From positions 32,001 to 96,000 of the forward strand of contig CAWBAT010000009.1 of NCBI GenBank assembly GCA_963786955.1: a stretch of 64,000 nucleotides of DNA, read 5' to 3'. Below are positions 41,700 through 51,139 of this stretch, piece by piece; position 1 is the first letter of the stretch, and every line of letters begins with the position of its first letter. The stretch is from an uncultured Acidimicrobiia bacterium. Lineage in GTDB: Bacteria; Acidobacteriota; Terriglobia; Versatilivoradales; Versatilivoraceae. The position numbers and the translations under genes are program-made. The notes below the pieces were generated by a model. That model saw only the letters and a list, made by a program, of their open reading frames with translations, had not been told where the DNA came from and searched no databases.

Positions 41700-42833
41700 T
41701 CAGTTGGATTGGACCTGCTGAATCACGCGATCATAAAAATCCTCATAGCGGACGATGATCTTATGCGCGCAGAAGCTTTCCTGGGCACGGTCTCGGGCGT
41801 TATTTCCCATTTGGTGGTGCAAGGAATCGCTCGATAATAGCTCGATCGCTTTTGCCGCCATTAAGTCCACATTCCGGGGGGGGACCAAAAACCCGTCAAG
41901 CCCATCGCGTACGACTTCCGGAATGCCTCCCACTGCAGAGGCAATGACCGGCACTTCACACGCCATGGCTTCCAGCGCCACCAACCCAAACGACTCCGTT
42001 TCGCTTGGTAACAGCATCAAATCGGAGATGGAAAGAATTTCAGAAATCGAATCTTGTTTTCCTAGGAAGTTAACCTTGCATCCCAAAGCCTTATTTCGTA
42101 CCAACCATTCGGCGCTCGATCGTTCTGGACCGTCTCCCACCATGATGAGCCGTGATGGAATTCTCCGTTGCACCTGATCAAATATCTCAATGACGTCCAT
42201 CACACGCTTTACCGGACGGAAATTGGAGATGTGCACCAGGATTCTTTCTCCGCTGGGTGCAAATTTTTCTCTCAATTCCTGGTTTCCCGACCTTTGGAAG
42301 ACATCACAGTTAACAAAATTGGGAATCATTTCAATGGAGTGTTTAATGTCAAACTCTCTGTAGGTCAGATCGCGCAAATAGACAGAGACTGCCGTCACTC
42401 CATTACTCTTCTCGATAGAAAATTTGGTAATGGGTAAATAAGAACGATCGTTCCCAACCAGGGTGATATCAGTCCCATGCAGAGTGGTAATCACGGGCAG
42501 CTTCAAAGGGAGGAGCATCTGCTTGGCCAGATAAGCGCTCACCGAATGCGGGATGGCATAGTGGACATGGAGCAGGTCGAGTTCATGATTTACTGCCACG
42601 TCCGCCATTTTGGTTGCCAAAGCCAAGGCATAGGGAGGATGCTCAAAAAGCGGATAATTTAACATTTCCACTTCATGGAAATAGATTTTCTCACTCGTAC
42701 TGTCGAGTTTGATGGGAATGGCATAGCTGATAAAATGAATTTCATGTCCTCGCCCTGCCAACTCTTTTCCGATTTCTGTAGCGACAACTCCGCTACCACC
42801 ATAGGTTGGGTAACAAGTGATTCCGATTCTCAC
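41700..42833 (-). CDS. bshA: N-acetyl-alpha-D-glucosaminyl L-malate synthase
   Basis: GITCYPTYGGSGVVATE, LHVHYAIPH, TTLHGTDITLVG, HISNFRPVKR, ESFGLVALEAM. Confidence 0.93.
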   Translation of the reverse strand: MRIGITCYPTYGGSGVVATEIGKELAGRGHEIHFISYAIPIKLDSTSEKIYFHEVEMLNYPLFEHPPYALALATKMADVAVNHELDLLHVHYAIPHSVSAYLAKQMLLPLKLPVITTLHGTDITLVGNDRSYLPITKFSIEKSNGVTAVSVYLRDLTYREFDIKHSIEMIPNFVNCDVFQRSGNQELREKFAPSGERILVHISNFRPVKRVMDVIEIFDQVQRRIPSRLIMVGDGPERSSAEWLVRNKALGCKVNFLGKQDSISEILSISDLMLLPSETESFGLVALEAMACEVPVIASAVGGIPEVVRDGLDGFLVPPRNVDLMAAKAIELLSSDSLHHQMGNNARDRAQESFCAHKIIVRYEDFYDRVIQQVQSN

Positions 42834-43549
42834 TTTTTTCCCCCTTTGCCAAAAAATTCAACAGGGTCCGGGATGCCTATGGGATCCTTGCAATAAAAGC
42901 CTTCGGCGTATTCGGCCTGAATCAATTTTCCATAGTATCGATCCACGCTCTCATGCGCGGAAAGAAACTGAGGAACACTTAAGTAAGTCTCCGGTTCCCT
43001 CGAATTCGGATCATAGAGTTGCGACTTGAAGCAGCGGACGGCTTCCATTTTCCGTGTATACTGCGCACTGACATCGACATAAAACGAAGGTTGAACGGGG
43101 TACGGCAGCTGAAAGTAAAAGATCTTGCCAGGTCGAAACCGCTCCTGCCCTGTTTTGATCTTGGCCAATCCGGCAAGGTAACAGGCTTGGGTAACGATCC
43201 TGCTGGTATAGACGTGGTCCGGATGCTTGTCGTCCCAGTAGTGCGTGAAAACTAACCCAGGCCGGTATTTCCTCAAAACTTTGACCACGCGCAGTCGTGC
43301 ATCTGGTGTATCAAAGATTTGCCCGTCTTTCAGCCGGAGGTTTTCTCGGACAACAATTCCCAGCACCTTGGCGGAGGCCGCGGCCTCCCGCGCGCGTAAT
43401 TGTGGAGTCCCCCGACTTCCCAATTCACCCCGGACCATATCCACGACACCCGTTTTGTGCCCCAGGGCGGCAAGTTTGATTAACGTCCCCCCTACATATA
43501 ATTCAATGTCATCGGGATGCGCACCGATGGCAATCGCATCAAGCTTCAT
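42830..43549 (-). CDS. bshB1: Bacillithiol biosynthesis deacetylase
   Basis: AHPDDIE, GELGSRGT, HPDH, YAEGF; overlaps the bshA start. Confidence 0.9.
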   Translation of the reverse strand: MKLDAIAIGAHPDDIELYVGGTLIKLAALGHKTGVVDMVRGELGSRGTPQLRAREAAASAKVLGIVVRENLRLKDGQIFDTPDARLRVVKVLRKYRPGLVFTHYWDDKHPDHVYTSRIVTQACYLAGLAKIKTGQERFRPGKIFYFQLPYPVQPSFYVDVSAQYTRKMEAVRCFKSQLYDPNSREPETYLSVPQFLSAHESVDRYYGKLIQAEYAEGFYCKDPIGIPDPVEFFGKGGKK

Positions 43550-43997
43550 CAAGGCTCTTTCCTTTCCAAGGACCAATGGTGATCTGGCGAACGTTCTCTC
43601 CACCGCTCAAGATTCTGACGTGGACGGCATCGTTGATTTTCATCTCGGCCAACTTTTCAGCCCATTCCACGATAATGACAGCTGGTTCCTCGAAAAGATC
43701 TTCTAACTCCAAGGTCGTGATCTCTTCCAGTCCTTCCAAGCGATAAAGATCGATATGATACACCTTGAATTTTTGGGTGTATTCATTAATCAGAGTAAAA
43801 GATGGACTGGGAACATCATCCGGGTCCGCTTGGCCCAATCCGCAAATCATGCCCTTGGCGAAGACGGTCTTTCCAGCGCCCAGGTCTCCTTCCAGGAAAA
43901 ACTTGGCAGGGGTCTCTAGTAAGCGGCCTATGGAATGCGCCAATTCGAAGGTTTCTTGTGAGTTATGGGTGAGGAATTGCCCGCATGGAATGGACAT
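43539..43997 (-). CDS. tsaE: tRNA t6A biosynthesis ATPase
   Basis: GDLGAGKT, SPSFTLINEY, HIDLYRL, VEWAE. Confidence 0.95.
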   Translation of the reverse strand: MSIPCGQFLTHNSQETFELAHSIGRLLETPAKFFLEGDLGAGKTVFAKGMICGLGQADPDDVPSPSFTLINEYTQKFKVYHIDLYRLEGLEEITTLELEDLFEEPAVIIVEWAEKLAEMKINDAVHVRILSGGENVRQITIGPWKGKSLDEA

Positions 43998-44230
43998 AGA
44001 TTACTGAATTGCAAAAAACAACACGAAAGTTGCTGGAGGCCGAGGCATGCATGCCCCTTGGCTCAAAGTCTGCGGTCCATAGTTAAAGATCGATCGGCCG
44101 GGGTAGAGGGCTCAAATCCCCACTTCAAGTTCAACGATCGGAAGCCTCACCCGCGAGCGTTCAGCTACCGGAAGCCGACCTTTCGATGCGCGTAGATCGA
44201 TGCTGGAATCTAACGGCTGAGATAAGAATC

Positions 44231-45853
44231 CTATACCTTGACCGTTTCTCGCAGAACCAGAAAAGCATTTGATATCGAGTCCATAATATCCCCGGCGATT
44301 AAAGAATGCTGACCGACTCGAACTGCTGCCAAGTCCCCAGCATTTCCATGAAGATATACTCCCAGTGTAATCATCTCTTCCAGGCAATCTCTGGCCGCGT
44401 CGTCACCCTCCGGTAATTGTATTCCCTGACCGATCAACCCCGCCAGGATGCCTGTCAAGACGTCGCCAGAACCTCCCGTTGCCATGCCAGGGTTACCCGA
44501 CAAGTTGACATAGACCTGTCCGGAAGGAGCAGCATAAACCGTGCGGTGACCTTTCAAAACGAGATGGACGTGATGGTCTATGGAGAATTGCCGCGAAATC
44601 TTTATCCGGCTCGCCAGAACCTCCGAAGTGGTTCTTCCAATCAATCGGGCAAACTCACCGGGATGTGGGGTGAGGATGAGCTTGCGAGCTTCTCCATTCA
44701 ATAGCTCATCACATCCCGCGAATGCATTGATTCCATCCGCATCGAGCACAACGGGAAGAGTCGTTTCTTTGAGGAGTCTTCGAACGAAGTCTTTTGTCTC
44801 AGGGTCCGTTCCAATCCCAGGTCCCAGCGCAAGCACATCCTTCCCTTTGAGTAGCTCAGAAATCCTCCCATAATCATACGCCTTTATTGATATGCCTCCC
44901 GACTCAGTGGCTTCGAGGGGCTCCGTCATGACTTCTGCCGATTGTGCTGCCACAATGGGAAGGCAGGGAGCAGGGGTAGCCAAGGTGACCAATCCGGCCC
45001 CGGCCAGCAGCGCGGACTTCGCAGCCATGACCGCAGCTCCCGTCTTTCCTAAAGATCCGGCGATCACTAAAACATGCCCGAAATTCCCCTTATGCGATTC
45101 TGGCGAACGAACTATTTTTGTCAAATGTTGTGCAGCTTCTTGGGAAGAGACCGCATTCAGCCAGTACCTTGGCTCCTCCAGCAGTTCAGCGGGAGAACCA
45201 ATCGGAACAACGACCCACTTCCCTACACAAGCCGCTCCGGGATAAAGGATGTGTGGGATTTTAGGAGCCGTGAAGGTGACCGTTAATTCGGCATGGGGCG
45301 CCATCGCAATCTGGCGTTCCTGGTCAATCTCCTCACAATCCAGTCCGGAAGGTATATCGATGGCAACCACTCTCGGAAATGATTGAAAGCTCCGAATGAC
45401 TTCAGAAAATGAAGAACTTACCGGCAAACGCGCCCCCGTTCCCAACAAACCATCAATGACGAGGTCGGTTCCCAAGTCCCGGAGTAGCCCACCTAATTCC
45501 TCCGCAGTACAAGCCACTTCTGACACGAATCGAACAGGAAGATTCAACTTCTGTAGTATCTCTAGGTTGATCCGGGCATCACCTTTGATGTCGGCCGGAT
45601 TTGCAAATAAGAGTACGGCCGGCCGGCACCCCCTCATCATTAGATGACGCGCGGCAACCAATCCGTCTCCTCCGTTGTTCCCTTTTCCACAGAAAATGGC
45701 AATTTTAAATTGGCTTAGATCGGCGTAATGAGACTGCATCGCCTCTACAACGCTTCGGCCCGCATTTTCCATTAACAGAATGCTTGGGATGCCGTAGCGT
45801 TCCGTTGTCTGACGATCCACGTCGCGCATTTGTGAAGCAGTCAAAATCTTCAT
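44231..45853 (-). CDS. nnr: Bifunctional NAD(P)H-hydrate epimerase/dehydratase
   Basis: LMENAG, GKGNNGGDG, DIPSG, HKGNFG, LDADG, TPHPGEFARL, GGSGDVLTG. Confidence 0.95.
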   Translation of the reverse strand: MKILTASQMRDVDRQTTERYGIPSILLMENAGRSVVEAMQSHYADLSQFKIAIFCGKGNNGGDGLVAARHLMMRGCRPAVLLFANPADIKGDARINLEILQKLNLPVRFVSEVACTAEELGGLLRDLGTDLVIDGLLGTGARLPVSSSFSEVIRSFQSFPRVVAIDIPSGLDCEEIDQERQIAMAPHAELTVTFTAPKIPHILYPGAACVGKWVVVPIGSPAELLEEPRYWLNAVSSQEAAQHLTKIVRSPESHKGNFGHVLVIAGSLGKTGAAVMAAKSALLAGAGLVTLATPAPCLPIVAAQSAEVMTEPLEATESGGISIKAYDYGRISELLKGKDVLALGPGIGTDPETKDFVRRLLKETTLPVVLDADGINAFAGCDELLNGEARKLILTPHPGEFARLIGRTTSEVLASRIKISRQFSIDHHVHLVLKGHRTVYAAPSGQVYVNLSGNPGMATGGSGDVLTGILAGLIGQGIQLPEGDDAARDCLEEMITLGVYLHGNAGDLAAVRVGQHSLIAGDIMDSISNAFLVLRETVKV

Positions 45854-46118
45854 ATCCTCTTCACCCCCAAACTTCAATAAAGGGGTATTCCTTTGAGCAA
45901 ACCCCCACAAAATCCAATCTAAGCGGTTGACAAACTCGGCGTCAAGACAAATTGACGCTCATGCGGTCTATATGCCCTTGCCAACCCAAAAGGAAATCTC
46001 TAACTTGGCAAAGAGCCATTGACGATCTTAGATAGCAGATTCAGACAAATTCTAGCCATGGTTAGCGGTGGGTTCGGCAGCGTGAAAGTTTCACATTTGC
46101 TAAAACAGTGAGAGCGTA

Positions 46119-46147
46119 TTGACAAGGCCCTGGGAGTGACTTACAGT
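46119..46147 (+). promoter_or_regulatory. sigma70 promoter
   Basis: TTGACA-N17-TACAGT upstream of ORF 46238. Confidence 0.55.
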
Positions 46148-46237
46148 TTAACTGAGGGGTAAGAAGTCGATTTTGAATGTACTCTTGAGGACCGAAAACG
46201 AGTCCGGCTTTGATTGCCTGCGTCCCGGAAATGATTT

Positions 46238-46510
46238 ATGCAGAACATGAGATTCTATATATCCATTCTTATTGGCCTAGCCATTTTCATTGTTGTGGCG
46301 CTTGCTTTGCTTCAACGCAAGAGAAGACATCCCCAATTGCCCCGGGTCAGCAAGAAGGAACAGGCGACCCTAGAGGAATTCCATTGCATCAAGAGTTCGA
46401 TGAAAAAGGTGAATGAAAACATTTTCATCGGCCAGCTCGTTTACACAAACCGTCTGGATGTCACTCTCAACGCACAGTCAAAAGTCCCACGAGAAATTTC
46501 TGAAGACTAA
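46238..46510 (+). CDS. Small hypothetical single-pass membrane protein
   Basis: Hydrophobic N-terminal helix followed by RKRR; has a candidate promoter. Confidence 0.5.
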   Translation: MQNMRFYISILIGLAIFIVVALALLQRKRRHPQLPRVSKKEQATLEEFHCIKSSMKKVNENIFIGQLVYTNRLDVTLNAQSKVPREISED

Positions 46511-46561
46511 GCATTCCTCTTCATCAATACGGTGACGCATCTTTGGATAGACGCTGCGCGC

Positions 46562-46621
46562 GGTTGGGTTTTTGAGAAAACCCCCATCCTACAAAGTTGT
46601 AGGACGGGTCACCGACCCGGC
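46562..46621. repeat. Back-to-back pair of GTAG-initiated REP-like hairpins
   Basis: Plus strand GTAG-GACGGGTC-acc-GACCCGGC (46599-46621); minus strand GTAG-GATGG-GGGTTTT-ctca-AAAACCC (46592 leftwards); between convergent genes. Confidence 0.55.
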
Positions 46622-46721
46622 GTTCATGCCACCCGGATTGAGGAAGCGCATTACTAACGATGGGAATGGCACCTTTTCCGCAGAACATTGCGAATCGGCT
46701 GCCGCTAGAAACCTTCTTTGT

Positions 46722-47603
46722 TCAGCTGAAATATTGCTTCATCTTCGCACGCAGAAACGTTACGGATTGGCGCATCTCGTCCATTCCGTTGATGCCGTCC
46801 TCGATTGAAATCCAGCCATTAAATCCCGCGCTTTGTAGGATTGAAAAAATCTTGTCGTAGTCATTTAGCCCTTTGCCAATGACCCCATGTCTTAGAGTTT
46901 TCGCGTACCCTGCAAAACCATCCTGGGTCTTCAAGTCTTCGAGGGTTCCGCTCTCCAGGTAGCGGTCTGACGCATGCATTGTGAGAACGCGATGCTTAAC
47001 AGCCTTAAGTAAGGCAATCGGATCTTCTCCGGCTATGATGGCATTCGACGGGTCGTAATTCACGCCGAACCAGGGCGAGTTGATCTGATTCACAATTTCA
47101 AGGAATATTTCCCGTTTGATCGCAAACTCAGGGTACAGCCAGTAGTTATCCTTGTAATGGTTTTCCATGATCAAGACAATCCCCTTCTTGGCAGCATGAT
47201 CCAAACACTGCGTAATACAGTCAACAACCCAGTTGATTCCATCCTGGCGGGAAAGGTCTGGATAGCCCTGCCCCGACAAGACCCGGCAATACTTGCCGCC
47301 TAGCTCGGCAGTCAGATCGACCATGGCGTTTTGCTTCTTGATTTCTCCGCGACGTTCTTCCGAATCGGGATTCGTAAAATTCGGAGAATAGCACATCATC
47401 GGCATCTCCAGTTTCTTCTCCTGGAGGCTGCGCTTCACTTTAATGAGATCCTCACGGCTGAGAGAATCCACGAACCCGGAGTAGAATTCGAGGCCATCGA
47501 CGTCCAGGGTTGAAGCCATATCTATCCACTGGAAGATCGTCATTGTATGATCCACGCAGAGTTGATCCATGTAGCATTTCGGAAAAGCCGCCAGTTTAGC
47601 CAT
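46722..47603 (-). CDS. Sugar phosphate isomerase/epimerase (AP endonuclease 2 TIM barrel)
   Basis: DGLEFY, MENH, GVNYDPSN, MHASD, GWISIE. Confidence 0.88.
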   Translation of the reverse strand: MAKLAAFPKCYMDQLCVDHTMTIFQWIDMASTLDVDGLEFYSGFVDSLSREDLIKVKRSLQEKKLEMPMMCYSPNFTNPDSEERRGEIKKQNAMVDLTAELGGKYCRVLSGQGYPDLSRQDGINWVVDCITQCLDHAAKKGIVLIMENHYKDNYWLYPEFAIKREIFLEIVNQINSPWFGVNYDPSNAIIAGEDPIALLKAVKHRVLTMHASDRYLESGTLEDLKTQDGFAGYAKTLRHGVIGKGLNDYDKIFSILQSAGFNGWISIEDGINGMDEMRQSVTFLRAKMKQYFS

Positions 47604-47832
47604 GACGCTCCTTCTTTCTATTTAAATATGATGTGGTTGTTTGGGATGATTTCTATTTCTGAAACGAAATACGGTGTGAGTCAAAAGAAGACCTGTCGGC
47701 AATTAACTAGACACAAAAAAAGGCAACTGATAAATGTTCCAGAAGGATTGGGTACTGTCAGGGCTAGAGCTCTGACGACTCATTTATCAATTGCCTTATC
47801 GTGGGCTCTTTCGAGCCGAAAATTCAGGTAAG

Positions 47833-47907
<75 letters not shown>

Positions 47908-47918
47908 ATTCCAACAAA

Positions 47919-47948
47919 AATATAGTTCTGCCCAAGGGTTGATGTCAA
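47919..47948 (-). promoter_or_regulatory. sigma70 promoter of tRNA-Gly
   Basis: TTGACA-N18-TATATT ending 12 nt upstream of the tRNA. Confidence 0.6.
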
Positions 47949-48179
47949 ACAAATTTTGGATAGGATATCCCCATCACTCAGGTCAACAGAATCTTTTCCC
48001 CTCATGCTTCCGAGGGAATCCTCTCCCCTCCGATTCTCCCAGGGAAGCGGCGGATCTCTTCTTCCTTCCTTCTGACCTTAAAGGAAAGGGCTTGACATCA
48101 GGTTAAAACCTGTTTCATCGTAGCGGCCGTCATTGGGATCCATTCCAGGACGACTGTCATTCATTGGAGAGGACACCTT

Positions 48180-49535
48180 ATGGATACTCTGAAATATCTG
48201 CTTCATGAAGATCGTATCCCGAAGTTCTGGTACAACATCTTGGCAGATTTGCCCGGTCCGATGGCGCCGGTATTGCATCCCGGAACGCTGAAACCCATCA
48301 CACCGGATGATCTCCTAACCCTGTTCCCCATGGACCTTATCCTCCAAGAAGTGAGTCTGGAACGTGAAATTGAAATTCCGGAAGAAGTGCGGCGAGTGTA
48401 TCGGCATTGGAGACCGGCGCCTCTCTATCGGGCGCGTCGACTGGAGAAGGCTCTCGATACGCCCGCTCGCATCTACTACAAATATGAAGGCGTCAGCCCG
48501 GTGGGCTCACATAAACCCAATACGGCAGTCCCTCAGGCTTACTACAACAAGATCGCCGGGACCACGCGGTTGACGACCGAGACCGGCGCCGGGCAATGGG
48601 GATCGGCCCTGGCCATGGCCTGTTCCTTCTTTGGATTGGAATGTAAAGTCTATATGGTGCGGGTCAGTTATAATCAGAAGCCGTATCGTCGGGCCCTCAT
48701 GGAAACTTTCGGGGCCGAGGTCGTTGCCAGTCCGAGCCTGGAAACCGCGGCTGGCCGGGCCATTCTGAAAGAGACCCCAAACTCTACCGGCTCACTCGGC
48801 ATTGCCATTTCCGAAGCCGTCGAAGTGGCGGCGCAAAACCCCGAGATTCACTATGCGCTAGGAAGCGTCTTAAATCATGTTCTGCTTCATCAAACGATCA
48901 TTGGGCTGGAAGCTCTCGAACAAATGGAAATGGCGGATGATTATCCTGATGTCATCGTGGGTTGTACAGGGGGCGGTTCCAATTTCAGCGGCATTGCTTT
49001 TCCGTTCATTGGCAAGAAACTGCGGGGAGAAAGAAATGTGCGTGTGATTGCAGTCGAACCAACCGCTTGTCCAAGCCTCACGAAAGGCCGTTTTGCCTAT
49101 GATTTCGGAGACACAGCACACCTGACTCCTCTCGTAAAAATGCATACCTTGGGAAGTACGTTCATCCCTCCTGGTATTCATGCCGGAGGTTTGCGTTACC
49201 ATGGAATGGCTCCATTGGTAAGTCATCTGCTCGACCTTGGGGTCATCGAAGCGACGGCGGTCGAACAGCTCGACGCCTTCGCCGCCGGCCTAAAGTTTGC
49301 CCGGGCTGAAGCCATTCTCCCGGCTCCCGAGGCGAATCATGCCGTGGCTACAACAATTCAGGAAGCTTTGCGCTGCAAGCAAGAAGGGAAGGGTCGAACC
49401 ATCTTGTTCAACCTGTGCGGTCACGGTCACTTCGATATGCAGTCTTACATCGACTATGCTGCTGGCAAACTACAGAACTACGCCTACCCAGATCAGGAAA
49501 TCGCGATGGCCCTGGCTGGGTTACCCGCTGTTTGA
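48180..49535 (+). CDS. trpB2: Tryptophan synthase beta chain type 2 (TrpB-like PLP enzyme)
   Basis: GSHKPN PLP lysine, [40 protein letters not shown]. Confidence 0.92.
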   Translation: MDTLKYLLHEDRIPKFWYNILADLPGPMAPVLHPGTLKPITPDDLLTLFPMDLILQEVSLEREIEIPEEVRRVYRHWRPAPLYRARRLEKALDTPARIYYKYEGVSPVGSHKPNTAVPQAYYNKIAGTTRLTTETGAGQWGSALAMACSFFGLECKVYMVRVSYNQKPYRRALMETFGAEVVASPSLETAAGRAILKETPNSTGSLGIAISEAVEVAAQNPEIHYALGSVLNHVLLHQTIIGLEALEQMEMADDYPDVIVGCTGGGSNFSGIAFPFIGKKLRGERNVRVIAVEPTACPSLTKGRFAYDFGDTAHLTPLVKMHTLGSTFIPPGIHAGGLRYHGMAPLVSHLLDLGVIEATAVEQLDAFAAGLKFARAEAILPAPEANHAVATTIQEALRCKQEGKGRTILFNLCGHGHFDMQSYIDYAAGKLQNYAYPDQEIAMALAGLPAV

Positions 49536-49586
49536 ATAAAGGGTTGCGGGTCGTCCCGGAGAGTCTGATTCAAGGAAACGCCTGTT

Positions 49587-50621
49587 TCACTCACTTACCA
49601 ACTTGGCTTGTTTGGTGTCAATAGGCGATCGAGCTTCTCGAAGAAACTTGGCGGAATCTTCTGGAGGAACCGGATTGATATAGAATCCGCTCCCCCATTC
49701 GAATCCGGCAATCTTAGAAAGCTTTGGCATGATCTCGATATGCCAATGGTAGAAGTTTTTGACAGGGTCCGTGAAGGGTGAGGTGTGGATGACAAGGTTA
49801 TAGGCGGGCTGGTTGAGAACCAGATCAATTCTCTGAAGTGTCGTCTTCAGGATACGCGCCAAATTCTCATATTCGAGTTTTTGTGCATCCTCAAAGCAAG
49901 CATCGTGGGTCTTGGGTAGGATCCACGTTTCAAAAGTAAAGCGCGGAGCATAGGGAGCGATCACCACAAAGTCCTGATTTTCATCGATCACACGATCCCC
50001 TGAGTTTAATTCCTGGCGGATAATGTCGCAATAGACGCAACGCTCCTTGAAGGCGTAATGAATTTTGCTGCCTTCAATTTCTTCCCGCACGAGGTTCGGA
50101 ACAATCGGAAGCGCGATGAGTTGAGAGTGCGAGTGCTCGAGTGACGCTCCCGCATCCACGCCGTGATTCTTGAAGATCAAGATATAACGGAGTCGCTTGT
50201 CCTTCTTAAGATCAAGCATGCGGTCCCGGAACGCCCACAAAACATCTTGAACGGCTTGCTCCCCCAGGGTAGCCAGTTGCGCATTATGATCGGGTGTTTC
50301 AATAATGACTTCGTGAGCTCCCACACCGTCCATTTTGTCAAAGATCCCTTCTCCCTGACGGTTCAAATTCCCCTCAACCCGGAGAGCTGGAAATTTATTG
50401 GGAACCACGCGTAGCATCCATCCGGGCGCATCCCGCTGACTCCCATCTCTACGATAACTGAGAATTTCAGGCGGCGTATTGTTTTCATTTCCGTAACAAA
50501 AAGGACAGAATCCTCCCTTGATATGAACCGCCGTACCGGGGAAGTCCGTTGGACGCTTGCCGCGATCCGTCGCGATAATGACCCAGCGTCCAGTGATGGG
50601 ATCTTTCCTAAATTCCGACAA
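49587..50621 (-). CDS. galT: Galactose-1-phosphate uridylyltransferase family protein
   Basis: TTG start after GGAGG; RKDPITGRWV, CPFC, VVPNKFPAL, GASLEHSHSQ. Confidence 0.88.
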   Translation of the reverse strand: MSEFRKDPITGRWVIIATDRGKRPTDFPGTAVHIKGGFCPFCYGNENNTPPEILSYRRDGSQRDAPGWMLRVVPNKFPALRVEGNLNRQGEGIFDKMDGVGAHEVIIETPDHNAQLATLGEQAVQDVLWAFRDRMLDLKKDKRLRYILIFKNHGVDAGASLEHSHSQLIALPIVPNLVREEIEGSKIHYAFKERCVYCDIIRQELNSGDRVIDENQDFVVIAPYAPRFTFETWILPKTHDACFEDAQKLEYENLARILKTTLQRIDLVLNQPAYNLVIHTSPFTDPVKNFYHWHIEIMPKLSKIAGFEWGSGFYINPVPPEDSAKFLREARSPIDTKQAKLVSE

Positions 50622-50622
50622 A

Positions 50623-51093
50623 TTAGCCTCCTGAGCCGGGTAGAGGATCCTTAAAGGCATCCTTCAGGATCTCGATCCTTTCCTTTCCAGGGCTCCCTTG
50701 AATGCTCACGATGTCAAAGCGGTAGTTTATATCATGAAGGTGATGGCGCCTTCTATACTCTTTTGCAACATGAGCGATCTGCCGCCGCTTGGCAAGATTC
50801 ACGGCATCTTGTGGCAACCCGTGATCAGAATTGCTGCGTAATTTGACCTCAATAAATACCAGGATACTTTTCTCCCAGCCGATCAGATCGATCTCCCCGT
50901 AATGCTTCCGGTAATTCCGCGCCACAATCCGGTAACCGTTTTTTCTTAAGCAGAGATAGGCCAGCTGCTCCCCGGTCTTTCCCCGTTTCAAATGAGACGC
51001 CATCTCAGGGGCAGACTTGAATGCGCCCCCGACCACACGCCATAGTGACGCAAACTGTTGCATGAAATCAGAGAGTAGCTCACGAATTCTCAC
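50623..51093 (-). CDS. YraN family predicted endonuclease
   Basis: GKTGE.LA, GYRIVARNY, GEIDLI, FIEVK, RFDIV; start uncertain. Confidence 0.88.
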   Translation of the reverse strand: MRIRELLSDFMQQFASLWRVVGGAFKSAPEMASHLKRGKTGEQLAYLCLRKNGYRIVARNYRKHYGEIDLIGWEKSILVFIEVKLRSNSDHGLPQDAVNLAKRRQIAHVAKEYRRRHHLHDINYRFDIVSIQGSPGKERIEILKDAFKDPLPGSGG

Positions 51094-51139
51094 AGCAATT
51101 AGCCCCCTTCCCTCTCCGCCTGCGGATCATCAATCAGGG

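Noticed and set aside
44100-44125. tRNA T-arm-like GGGCTCAAATCCCC
   Set aside because: No acceptor, D or anticodon stems can be built around it; not a tRNA.
47950-48179. Attenuator or T-box upstream of trpB2
   Set aside because: A hairpin is present but there is no Trp-rich leader peptide or T-box consensus.
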